Part shown: in pieces, positions 36,926 to 45,909 of the stretch
Numbering within the stretch: position 1 is the stretch's first letter
Layout: each line of letters starts with the position of its first letter
Origin: an uncultured Bacteriovoracaceae bacterium
GTDB taxonomy: Bacteria; Desulfobacterota; Desulfomonilia; UBA1062
Direction: 5' to 3'
Length of the DNA: 64,000 nt
Assembly (NCBI GenBank): GCA_964513375.1
Contig: CAZEMO010000003.1
Location: forward strand, 92,730-156,729
The notes under the pieces: model-generated
The model's input: the letters and a program-made list of their open reading frames with translations, nothing else
Databases searched by the model: none
Told to the model about the DNA's origin: nothing
Made by a program: the position numbers and the translations under genes

Positions 36926-39379
36926 ATGAAACATTCATTATTAATCGGCAGCAAGTTCATCATCTTTTCGTTTCTGGCGATTTTGATTACTTTTTCAGGC
37001 TGCAAACTTAAGCCAGTTCCGGCAGGCACTTTTGTCATGGGCAGCCCGGAAAACGAGTTCGGTCACAGGGCAAATGAAGTTCAGCATGAAGTGACCCTGA
37101 CATATGATATCGAAGTCGCTTCGACAGAGGTCACCTGGAGCGATTTCAAAAGCCTCATGGGATTTGATCCGAGCTATTTCTCAAAAACCCTGCCAAATCC
37201 GGGAAAGCCCGTTGAAAACGTCAGCTGGTATGATGCCCTTGCATATGCAAACGCAAAGTCCATTAAAAAGGGGCTTGCCCCTGCCTACATATTAAATAAC
37301 GCCGTATGCGATGATGGCACAGCGGTTACCGACTGTATGGAATGCAAGACTCACGGGGGAATTAAATCCGCTGATGTCAGTCTGAACGGCATTGCCAGCG
37401 TTTACCAGGCAGAGGGATACCGACTTCCGACAGAGGCCGAATGGGAATATGCGGCACGTGCCGGGTCGACCTCACCTGTTTACAACGGCGAGATTTCTGT
37501 TCCAGGATGCGAAGGCGACCCCATACTTGATAAAATCGCCTGGTACTGTGCTAACAGCTCAAGTTTCACACATAACGTCGGCCTCAAATCACCAAATAAA
37601 TGGGGCCTTTATGACATGAGCGGGAACATCGAGGAGTGGTGCTGGGATAATTACGGAGACTATGCAGGCGATATAATCAATCCCACTGGCCCGGATACCG
37701 GACATTTCAAGGTTGTACGCGGCGGCAGCATCCGTTTCGACGGTTCCTCCAGGCTGCGTTCGGCATACCGTGAAGGATTCACTCCAGGCTACAGATGCCG
37801 TTTTATTGGCTTCCGCCTGGTAAAAACCAAGAACCCTTCCGCCAGCGCCGGAATCAATGTTGTATTAAACCCCGCCACACCACCTTCTTATGAATTAACA
37901 GCGAGCATACCTGATTACCCGAATGCACTGCCATTCTCATTCACGAGGGTAGATGAAGGCACACCTCTTACAGATGCAGAGATAAAGGCCTTTACGAAAA
38001 AGATCACAGGCCTATGGAAAGACACTCACTATTTTGAATGGATGTATCTTACAAGCAACGGGATGGACGAGTCCAACCCTTACGGCATGCCATGGTATAA
38101 GGCGCACCTGCAGGATTTTTCAGCCGAGAAGAACGGAGACACCGTCACATTCCACCACGGCGGAGGATCGGATAACCTCTGGATCCGTTCGGGTAAGATG
38201 CTCAACAATGTGATTGCAGGGTACCTGGCAAGCAGCGATCCTCTCATGGGAAAGATCGCCGAAAGCTATTGCAGGGGTATCGAAGCATTCTTCAAGGGCG
38301 AAGAATACAGCGACAATGACCCTGAAAGAACCATCATGCCCCGCTGCATATTCACGCAAAACCATGAATACACAGTACTCGGCAGAAAGGTTAAGGTTGA
38401 TTATGACCCGGTCAAGACGCACGGCGAGAAATATGACTGGAATGCACACACCATACCTAACCACATCAATCCGTATTACGGCGATATCTATATAAGGAAT
38501 ATGAGGAGCAAGGACGATGTCCCGCATATCTACAGAATGGTCCCGATGATAATGCGGCTTGCAAAAGAGGCCCCTGATGCAAACATAAGAAACGCTGCAA
38601 CAAGGGCGGTTGCCTACCTGCAGGCGTTCGCCAAAGACATAGTTGATTCCGGCTATTACATCAGAGCGAAGGACAAGGAAGGGAACACTAAAATAATGTT
38701 TGAAGAGGAAACTTCCTGGCTGGTAAAAGACCTGATGAGTTTCGTGAATTTCGAAATGCTGGTGCCTAACGCTGAATGCAACGCCAAGATGACATCCGCC
38801 ATTCTGGGCTATCAGGATCCGCTCTGCAACGACTGCGGAAGCGGAACAATAAACCTTTACGATATGGTCGCCGGTCAAATCCATTATTACAACATGGCGA
38901 TCGTAGTATATTTCCATCAGGCCGCTATTTCGAATGCGCTTACAAATAATAAGGACTACATAGCACTGGAACTGATCCAGGGAATGTCGGACAGGATGGA
39001 TGCCATGATGGCCGGAAAAGGCAAACCGACAAAAGAACCATGCCCTGACTGGGAGCCTGATCTCGCAACCCACCTTCTGGTTGCCGCATCAAACGGGCTT
39101 CCTCTGAAGTCATCTGAAGCAAGACTGATCGCAAACGAGTACAGCAAGGCTGTGGATCATTATATAACATGGCCCAACTGGAACCTCTGGTCGCCGACAG
39201 TTCCGAACGGCATTGTATCCTACATACCGGGGAACAGCCCGACAACCGATACCCGTGTCGTGGGAGCGGACGAGCTCGCATACCTCCTGGAGTACTGCTA
39301 CTCTCCGTTAAAAAACTCGACCGGAGCAAAGCTCTGTGACTGCAGCATAGTGCTTGACCCCTCACGCTGGGGTGAGTAA
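36926..39379 (+). CDS. Lipoprotein with an N-terminal FGE-sulfatase (DUF323) domain fused to a C-terminal domain of about 530 aa with unknown function
   Basis: Lipobox 'TFSGC'. 'PAGTFVMGSP', 'VSWYDALAYANAKS', 'LPTEAEWEYAARAG', 'WGLYDMSGNIEEWC' and 'RGGS'. No catalytic Cys pair. The remainder (aa 290-817) matches nothing I recognise. Confidence 0.8.
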   Translation: MKHSLLIGSKFIIFSFLAILITFSGCKLKPVPAGTFVMGSPENEFGHRANEVQHEVTLTYDIEVASTEVTWSDFKSLMGFDPSYFSKTLPNPGKPVENVSWYDALAYANAKSIKKGLAPAYILNNAVCDDGTAVTDCMECKTHGGIKSADVSLNGIASVYQAEGYRLPTEAEWEYAARAGSTSPVYNGEISVPGCEGDPILDKIAWYCANSSSFTHNVGLKSPNKWGLYDMSGNIEEWCWDNYGDYAGDIINPTGPDTGHFKVVRGGSIRFDGSSRLRSAYREGFTPGYRCRFIGFRLVKTKNPSASAGINVVLNPATPPSYELTASIPDYPNALPFSFTRVDEGTPLTDAEIKAFTKKITGLWKDTHYFEWMYLTSNGMDESNPYGMPWYKAHLQDFSAEKNGDTVTFHHGGGSDNLWIRSGKMLNNVIAGYLASSDPLMGKIAESYCRGIEAFFKGEEYSDNDPERTIMPRCIFTQNHEYTVLGRKVKVDYDPVKTHGEKYDWNAHTIPNHINPYYGDIYIRNMRSKDDVPHIYRMVPMIMRLAKEAPDANIRNAATRAVAYLQAFAKDIVDSGYYIRAKDKEGNTKIMFEEETSWLVKDLMSFVNFEMLVPNAECNAKMTSAILGYQDPLCNDCGSGTINLYDMVAGQIHYYNMAIVVYFHQAAISNALTNNKDYIALELIQGMSDRMDAMMAGKGKPTKEPCPDWEPDLATHLLVAASNGLPLKSSEARLIANEYSKAVDHYITWPNWNLWSPTVPNGIVSYIPGNSPTTDTRVVGADELAYLLEYCYSPLKNSTGAKLCDCSIVLDPSRWGE

Positions 39380-39384
39380 ATAAA

Positions 39385-39420
39385 AAAATCCCCTTCCGCT
39401 CCCGGAAGGGGATTTTTGTT
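39385..39420 (+). terminator. Rho-independent terminator
   Basis: AAATCCCCTTCCG-CTCC-CGGAAGGGGATTT followed by TTGTT, 6 nt after the stop codon. Confidence 0.7.
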
Positions 39421-39493
39421 ATTAGAGTGTTGACATTTCGGATTTGAAGTTGATTATCAGATAAACAGTCAAATTAAAATCCAGGAGCATAAA

Positions 39494-40258
39494 GTGAATA
39501 TAAAAGATATTCTTCCTGTACCTGACATGCGTGAGGCAAAAAGAATACTCTGCATCCAGCCGCACCCCGATGATATGGACATAAGTGCAGGGGCAACCCT
39601 TTCCATGCTTTCAGACCTGGGTATTGAGATAATTTATCTGACGGTTACCGACGACTCGGCAGGATTCAAGGATGCAGGCGCAGATGACCTTGTTCGCAGA
39701 CAGGACCAGCGCAAGGAAGAGCAGATGGCAGCCGGCAAAATTATTGGCGTAAAAGACTATTACTGGCTCAATTACACCGATGCGGGCAACTGGTCCCAAT
39801 ATGACGCCAGGAACCAGATCATCAAATATATCCGCATGCTGAGGCCCGATTTTATTTTCACAGTCGACCCCTGGCTTATTTATGAAGCGCATATGGACCA
39901 TATCAAGACGGGGCATGCCGCAAGCGAGGCGCTGCTGCTTTACAACTTCCCGTTTATCGTCACCGAGCCTGATATTGACAAGAAATTTGAACCCTATGAC
40001 ATCGCAGGAATCGCCTTTTCATTCACTGCAAGGCCGAATGTCGTCATTGATGTAGGCAAATACAGAGAGCGGAAATTTACGGCTATTGCCGAGCACAGAA
40101 GCCAGTTCACTGAAGAATCGCTGGGCATGCTCAAGATGTATGACGAGATGAGATGCAAAAGCCTGGCACAAGGCAAAGGCTTCGAGTCCGGCGAAGGGTT
40201 CAAGGTTCTTCATGCACAGTACATGCTTCACTGCTTCCCCGAAGCGATAGATTATTGA
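39494..40258 (+). CDS. PIG-L/LmbE family N-acetylglucosaminyl deacetylase
   Basis: 'ILCIQPHPDDMDISAGATL' (HPDD) and the downstream 'HMDHIKTGHAA' zinc ligands. Confidence 0.85.
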   Translation: MNIKDILPVPDMREAKRILCIQPHPDDMDISAGATLSMLSDLGIEIIYLTVTDDSAGFKDAGADDLVRRQDQRKEEQMAAGKIIGVKDYYWLNYTDAGNWSQYDARNQIIKYIRMLRPDFIFTVDPWLIYEAHMDHIKTGHAASEALLLYNFPFIVTEPDIDKKFEPYDIAGIAFSFTARPNVVIDVGKYRERKFTAIAEHRSQFTEESLGMLKMYDEMRCKSLAQGKGFESGEGFKVLHAQYMLHCFPEAIDY

Positions 40259-40338
40259 TGACAGTGATAAATTAAGAGCATTTTTAATAAATTTTACAGA
40301 ACTTTTCTTCACTAATATGAATCCGGAACTGAAGAAAG

Positions 40339-41754
40339 ATGGATGAAACAATGTCCTTTTTGAAAGCAGGTGTTGACAGAATAATCATAACGCCTCCCCG
40401 CGGTATTTATCTGATCGGATATTCAGGAAGAAAGGGCGGTGCGGAAGAAGTACATTCCGACCTTACGTCAACAGCACTCATCCTCGATGATGGAAATGAA
40501 AAGTTGGTCCTTATTTCACTCGATCTGCTCGCACTCAACCGGGAGACGGTTGACGCCATAAAGAGAGGTATAACTGCAAGACTCGGAACTGCTGCAAATA
40601 GCATAAGGCTTTTCTGCTCACATACTCATTCGGGACCCATTGCCTGGCCGCCATATAAACCCGCAATCAAAGACAGGATGAAATATTACCTTTACAGGCT
40701 AATGCTTTCGGCAGAGGAACCGCTCTCGACAAAAGGCATAATGACCAACTATTTTTACTGTGACTGGCTGGTGAAAAGCATTATTGCGTCTGCAACTCGC
40801 GCTGAGGCAAACCTTATGGATGCCGAAATAAACCATGCCCGGACAGAATGCTCTATCGGCATCAACAGAAGGGAAAGGCTTCCTGACGGCACAACCGTCA
40901 TAGGCTGGAATAAGGAAGGCACTGTTGACAGGAGTGTTGATATCTTAAGGGTTTCAAGCGGCGCGAAACCTGTTGTCACGATTGTCAATTACGCCTGCCA
41001 TGCCTGCGTGCTGGGCGAAGAAAGCAACGTGATCTCCGCTGACTGGCCGGGAGCGATGAGGGCTCGGGTTGAAAAGGAGCTGGGCGGCCTCTGCATGTTC
41101 ATTCAGGGGGCATGCGCCAACATAAACCCCGATGTAGAGTGGTCGGACGACAACAGACCTGATGTAGAGCGGCTTGGCGGTATAGTCGCTGAATCTGTTA
41201 TTGAGGCTGAAGGAAGGCTGACTAAAATAAACTCTCTACCCTTGTCAGGTGTTACGGGCGAGACCAATGCCTATTTGGATGTTCCCGCAGGCATGGAAAG
41301 TTTGAGTGTTAAAAGGATTTACAGGCCCATGCTTAAAAAAGGGGCTGCCATGCTCATGGAAGGTGCGGTGATACCCGAATTTATGATAGACCCGTTTCTT
41401 GATGTCCGCTATCCCTGGAAGACTATATTGAACCGTGATGATAAGGGCTATTTCACCCCAATACGAACCGGCGTGATTCGCATAGGCGATATTGCAATTG
41501 CCTCGGTAGCGATGGAGACATTTACGGAAACAGGCATTGAGACGAAGAAGGCATCAACCGCACCGATAACCCTTTTCACGGGATATACCGACGGTATGAC
41601 CGGCTACCTTCCGACTGCTGAGGAAATCTCCTTTGGAGGCTACGAGGTCGATGTCGTGGCTTACATTTACAAGCTACCTGGAAGATTCAGGCTTGATACG
41701 GAAAAAAATGTAAGAAAACTTCTTTTGGATCAAATTAATATGATCTTTGCGTAA
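40339..41754 (+). CDS. Neutral/alkaline ceramidase-like hydrolase (N-terminal ceramidase_alk domain)
   Basis: 'VDRIIITPPRGIYLIGYSGR' and 'GNEKLVLISLDLLAL' resemble the neutral ceramidase N-terminus. 'CSHTHSGP' is also present. Confidence 0.6.
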   Translation: MDETMSFLKAGVDRIIITPPRGIYLIGYSGRKGGAEEVHSDLTSTALILDDGNEKLVLISLDLLALNRETVDAIKRGITARLGTAANSIRLFCSHTHSGPIAWPPYKPAIKDRMKYYLYRLMLSAEEPLSTKGIMTNYFYCDWLVKSIIASATRAEANLMDAEINHARTECSIGINRRERLPDGTTVIGWNKEGTVDRSVDILRVSSGAKPVVTIVNYACHACVLGEESNVISADWPGAMRARVEKELGGLCMFIQGACANINPDVEWSDDNRPDVERLGGIVAESVIEAEGRLTKINSLPLSGVTGETNAYLDVPAGMESLSVKRIYRPMLKKGAAMLMEGAVIPEFMIDPFLDVRYPWKTILNRDDKGYFTPIRTGVIRIGDIAIASVAMETFTETGIETKKASTAPITLFTGYTDGMTGYLPTAEEISFGGYEVDVVAYIYKLPGRFRLDTEKNVRKLLLDQINMIFA

Positions 41755-41773
41755 GTTAAATAAGGGAGGGCAA

Positions 41774-43645
41774 ATGGAAAGGACGTCATTATTATTTGTA
41801 TTTGTGTTTGTTACCATCATAACAGGTTGTTCATACTTTAATAAGAACATGCCTGATCATGACATCATGGTATCTCATAAAAAGTGGAGATACTTTTTAA
41901 TGTTTAGAAAAATTATCGTAATCATTACTTTGATACTTTTCCTTTCAATTTCTGCGAATGCAGAGTCATTGCAACAGTTGCCTCAAATCTCGAAAGAAGA
42001 TTTTTATCAGCTTATCAAGAAAGCAGATACTAGTGATGCCAATGCGCAGTTTTTGCTTGGCATGCGATATTTGCATGGATGGAGCACAAACAAGGACGAG
42101 ATGGAGGGTGTCAAATGGCTGACAAAAGCTGCTGACCAAGACCATGCTTATGCGGAATTCTTTATTGGAGTCATTTACTGTTCCGGAGGTAGCGTTATTA
42201 AAGCCGATAACAATAAATGTATTGATTTGATTACTAAAGCCGCTAAACAAAATATCAAAGAAGCACAAACATTTCTCGGCCAATTTTACTGTGATGGTGA
42301 AATAGTCACAAAGGATTATGTAAAAGCTATGGAATGGTTTAAAAAAGCAGCAGATCAGGGATATGAAGATGCTCAGTATAGAATTGGCAAACTATATGAA
42401 GAAGGAAAAGGCGTTTCTAAAAATGATCAAGAAGCTGTTAATTGGTACGCAAAAGCTGCAACACAAGGATACGGCAAAGCCCAGATGGTATTAGGTTATA
42501 TATATTCTAATGGCGATGAGTCTGTAAGAGATTATAAAAATTCGTTTGAATGGTATGTCAAGGCTGCTCAGTCAGGTATCCAAGAAGCTTTTTTCAATGT
42601 AGGTTTGATGTATGAACAAGGAAGGGGAACGGGAAAAGACTACGCAAAAGCAATAGAGTGGTACAGGAAAGCAGCTGAATACAATGATGCCAAAGCTTTA
42701 TATGCAATCGGCAATATGCATGAGAAAGGTTTGGGAGTTAGAAAAGACTGTAATGAGGCTTTGAAATGGTATCAAAAATTAACTGATAACGGATCTGTTC
42801 AAATTATGTTTTATATTGGAATGATGTACTGGAATGGCTCTTGTGTTCAGAAAAATGATGTGCAGGCTTTAAAATGGTTTTTAAAAGCTGCAAAAGAAGG
42901 ACAACCTGATGCTCAGGCCATGGTCGGGATTATGTATTATGAGGGAGAAGGTGCATCACAAAATTACTCTGAAAGCATGAGATGGCTTTTAAAGGCATCA
43001 GAACAGGGTAATCCGGAATCACCCTATTATTTATATCAAATGTATAAGAATGGAAAGGGAGTTCAGATTAATAATAATGAAGCGGCTAAGTGTTTAAAGC
43101 TATCAGCAGAAAGGGGATATTCTGAAGCGCAAAGAAACCTTGGAACAAGTTATTATTTTGGAAAGGTCACAGAAAAAAATAAAGATGAAGCTGTCAAATG
43201 GTATAAAAAAGCCGCAGAACAAGGTGATGATAAAGCGCAGCAAAGACTTGGAAAGATATATCTTCTAGATGAAAACTTTAAAGAAGCAGTTACATGGCTT
43301 GAGAAGTCAGCTAATCAAAATAATGCAGAAGCCCAAAATGATTTGGGTTATATGTATGATAAGGGACTAGGTGTTACTCAGGATTATACAAAAGCTTTTG
43401 AACTTTATAAGCTCTCATCTGAACGTGGATATATGTATGCCCAACATAATCTTGCTATATTGTTTGAGCAGGGACATGGAACAAAACTTGACATTGTACA
43501 GGCATATAAATGGTTTTCTTTATCTGCTGAACAGGGCGATGAACAAGCAAAAGGTAAAGTTAGTGAGCTTGATAAGCTTTTGCCAAAAGAACAGATTAAC
43601 GAGGCAAAACGCTTGATTGCAGAATATAAGTCTGAAAAGAATTAA
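41774..43645 (+). CDS. Sel1-repeat (SLR/TPR-like) lipoprotein
   Basis: The start was set at 'MERTSLL', which follows a strong AAGGGAGGG RBS, with lipobox 'IITGC'. There are about 14 repeats of 'A..W..KAA.QG...AQ..LG.MY..G.GV..D...A'. GC is markedly lower (about 35%) than in neighbouring genes. Confidence 0.85.
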   Translation: MERTSLLFVFVFVTIITGCSYFNKNMPDHDIMVSHKKWRYFLMFRKIIVIITLILFLSISANAESLQQLPQISKEDFYQLIKKADTSDANAQFLLGMRYLHGWSTNKDEMEGVKWLTKAADQDHAYAEFFIGVIYCSGGSVIKADNNKCIDLITKAAKQNIKEAQTFLGQFYCDGEIVTKDYVKAMEWFKKAADQGYEDAQYRIGKLYEEGKGVSKNDQEAVNWYAKAATQGYGKAQMVLGYIYSNGDESVRDYKNSFEWYVKAAQSGIQEAFFNVGLMYEQGRGTGKDYAKAIEWYRKAAEYNDAKALYAIGNMHEKGLGVRKDCNEALKWYQKLTDNGSVQIMFYIGMMYWNGSCVQKNDVQALKWFLKAAKEGQPDAQAMVGIMYYEGEGASQNYSESMRWLLKASEQGNPESPYYLYQMYKNGKGVQINNNEAAKCLKLSAERGYSEAQRNLGTSYYFGKVTEKNKDEAVKWYKKAAEQGDDKAQQRLGKIYLLDENFKEAVTWLEKSANQNNAEAQNDLGYMYDKGLGVTQDYTKAFELYKLSSERGYMYAQHNLAILFEQGHGTKLDIVQAYKWFSLSAEQGDEQAKGKVSELDKLLPKEQINEAKRLIAEYKSEKN

Positions 43646-43750
43646 ATAAATTTCATAAGATGCAAAGTATGATTTCTAAATCATGGGGGGATGCGATCTG
43701 TCGTATCTGTCTAGTTATAAAAAGAGTAATAAGCAGGAGGTAATTTTTAT

Positions 43751-44740
43751 ATGGATTTCAGGAAAGTTCCCAGCAAGGAATCGCTTCTGGACAAATCGAA
43801 GAAGCATCTGTTCATGTTTTCCCACCACGACGATGAAATCGTATGCGCAGGGATAATACAGAGGCTGCAGCCGGGTGCTGCACTCATGTGGCTGACGAAT
43901 TCGGACGGCCTTTATTTCAAGGAGAACGTCACACCCGAAGAGTATGGAAAAAAACGTGTCGCCGAAGGATGGAACGTTTCGCGCGAACTGGGTTTCAGGG
44001 ATGAGGACGTCACCAACGGGCTTTATTCCGAAGTGGACAATTACAGGCTCTTTGTGGACTCGATCAAGAGCGAGGCGCAATTCGAAGAAGGCATTTCTTT
44101 CTGGAGAAAACAGGGCCGCGACATTTACGCCAAGATAAAGAAACACGACCCGGACATAATCTGGACATATGCATTCCAGGGCGGCATGCCTGAGCATGAT
44201 CTTACCCATGTCCTGACAGCTGCTTGTATAGACAGCTACGAGAAGGAGTTCGGAAAGAAAATCCAGATGGTGGAGATCCCGGCATACGAACTTACCGTTC
44301 TCATCTCCTTCCGCTTCAATCCCTGGTATAAGGGAACCAAGTATTACATCGACATGACGCGTGAAGAGCTCTTAAAGAAGCTTGCTGCCGCCTTTCACTA
44401 CCCTTCGCAGGTTGAGCTTATAGAGAAATTCAGGAAAGTCATCGACAATCTCGGCAAGGCCTCTGGCCTCATCGGAAAGCCTTTTAATTTCGAATCATAC
44501 TGCGGCAGGGAATATTTTGCGCCTGTCTGCGAACCGCGTGACTATTCGAGACCCCCCTACCGTATAGACTTCTTCAACTACATGTTCGATGACTATCTGG
44601 GTGAGCCTGTCAAATTTATCGGCATGATGGACAGAATTTTTCATGAACTCTCAAAACCCGTGTTTCATATCAGGCAGGAAAACGCCGTTGATGACGAGTC
44701 GCATTCCTGCCACCAGAAAGGCTGCGCATGCTGTGAATAG
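43751..44740 (+). CDS. PIG-L/LmbE-like deacetylase family protein with a Cys-rich C-terminus
   Basis: 'LFMFSHHDDEIVCAGII'. The tail is 'SHSCHQKGCACCE'. Confidence 0.7.
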   Translation: MDFRKVPSKESLLDKSKKHLFMFSHHDDEIVCAGIIQRLQPGAALMWLTNSDGLYFKENVTPEEYGKKRVAEGWNVSRELGFRDEDVTNGLYSEVDNYRLFVDSIKSEAQFEEGISFWRKQGRDIYAKIKKHDPDIIWTYAFQGGMPEHDLTHVLTAACIDSYEKEFGKKIQMVEIPAYELTVLISFRFNPWYKGTKYYIDMTREELLKKLAAAFHYPSQVELIEKFRKVIDNLGKASGLIGKPFNFESYCGREYFAPVCEPRDYSRPPYRIDFFNYMFDDYLGEPVKFIGMMDRIFHELSKPVFHIRQENAVDDESHSCHQKGCACCE

Positions 44741-44822
44741 CTTGAAGCCTTGACAATAGGGCGATAATAAATTTAAACCGATGACTGATTTTTAAATATC
44801 AGGAAAAAGGACTGATAAAGAC

Positions 44823-45848
44823 ATGAATCTCAATGATTCCGGATACACAAAGTTTTCTCTAGTTAATGAAATGATGGAAGCGCCGTCCATAATCAAGAGT
44901 TTTGATCCCAAGATTTCAAGACCTGTCGCTTATTCCGTGATTCACAAGCACAGGCTTTTATTTACTGGCGAGGGCTCATCGCGTATATTCCCGGCAAAGA
45001 ATGCCATCTATCAGGCAAACAGAAGGGGACTTGCATTCAACATGATTACTGACGGCGGCAGGCAGTCCATGGAATATAACCTCAAAGACCATGTGATCGT
45101 TGCAGCCAGCAATTCCGGCAAGACAAAGGAAGTTGTTTCACTTCTGAGAAAATTGAATGCTGAAGGGTGCGATAACATCTTTGGCATTACTGCGCACGAC
45201 AAGACCCCTATAATGGAGTTATCAAAGAAGGGTTTTCTGCTCACATGCGGCGAAGAAAATGCAGTCGCTGCAACAAAATCGATTATCGAACAGGCGCTGT
45301 TCATGCTTTCTATTGTAGAGAATCTTTCTCCTACGGGCATGAATGAGTCCCTGCCTTCACTTGCCGATGCTTTCGAACAGGTGCTAACGATGAAGATCGA
45401 TCCCGGAATTATAAAAACCCTCTCAGACGCACCTCAGATATATTTTGCCGGCCGCAACAACGGAGTGGCCGAGGAACTTACGCTCAAAACAAATGAAATA
45501 ACGCGCAAAAAGGCGGATTTCCTTGAAGGCACCTATGCAGTGCACGGCATAGAAGAGGTCATGAATCCCCGCGAGGTCCTGGTTCTTATCGAACCATTCG
45601 CAGAGGAGATTCAGAAATTCAGCGACGTGCTGGTAAAGGGCGTGGGCATGAAGATCATCGCTATCGACCACAAGGAGACCCCCTTCCCCACAATAATCAT
45701 TCCCGGGCTTGATCCCTATGACGAGTTCCTGCAGATAGCATCCGGCTGGAACCTGCTCGTCGAAACCGGCATAGCAGAAGGCATCAACCTGGACAAGCCT
45801 CTCAGAGCCAGAAAAGTTGGGAACATAGACGAAGGGCCGGCCCGTTGA
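44823..45848 (+). CDS. Tandem SIS-domain sugar-phosphate isomerase/deaminase (AgaS / GlmS C-terminal-like)
   Basis: 'VIVAASNSGKTKEVV' is the SIS phosphate-binding loop. A second SIS half lies in the C-terminal region. Confidence 0.8.
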   Translation: MNLNDSGYTKFSLVNEMMEAPSIIKSFDPKISRPVAYSVIHKHRLLFTGEGSSRIFPAKNAIYQANRRGLAFNMITDGGRQSMEYNLKDHVIVAASNSGKTKEVVSLLRKLNAEGCDNIFGITAHDKTPIMELSKKGFLLTCGEENAVAATKSIIEQALFMLSIVENLSPTGMNESLPSLADAFEQVLTMKIDPGIIKTLSDAPQIYFAGRNNGVAEELTLKTNEITRKKADFLEGTYAVHGIEEVMNPREVLVLIEPFAEEIQKFSDVLVKGVGMKIIAIDHKETPFPTIIIPGLDPYDEFLQIASGWNLLVETGIAEGINLDKPLRARKVGNIDEGPAR

Positions 45849-45909
45849 ACAGAAAGTCGAATTTCTCGATCAGGAAACACTGCAATGCAAGATAGCTACT
45901 GATATAACA

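Noticed and set aside
38120-39073. 317-aa ORF antisense to the FGE-fusion lipoprotein gene
   Set aside because: It lies entirely inside a well-supported gene on the other strand. It is Cys/His/Arg-rich and low in complexity, has no RBS and shows no family resemblance. This is a typical antisense artefact.
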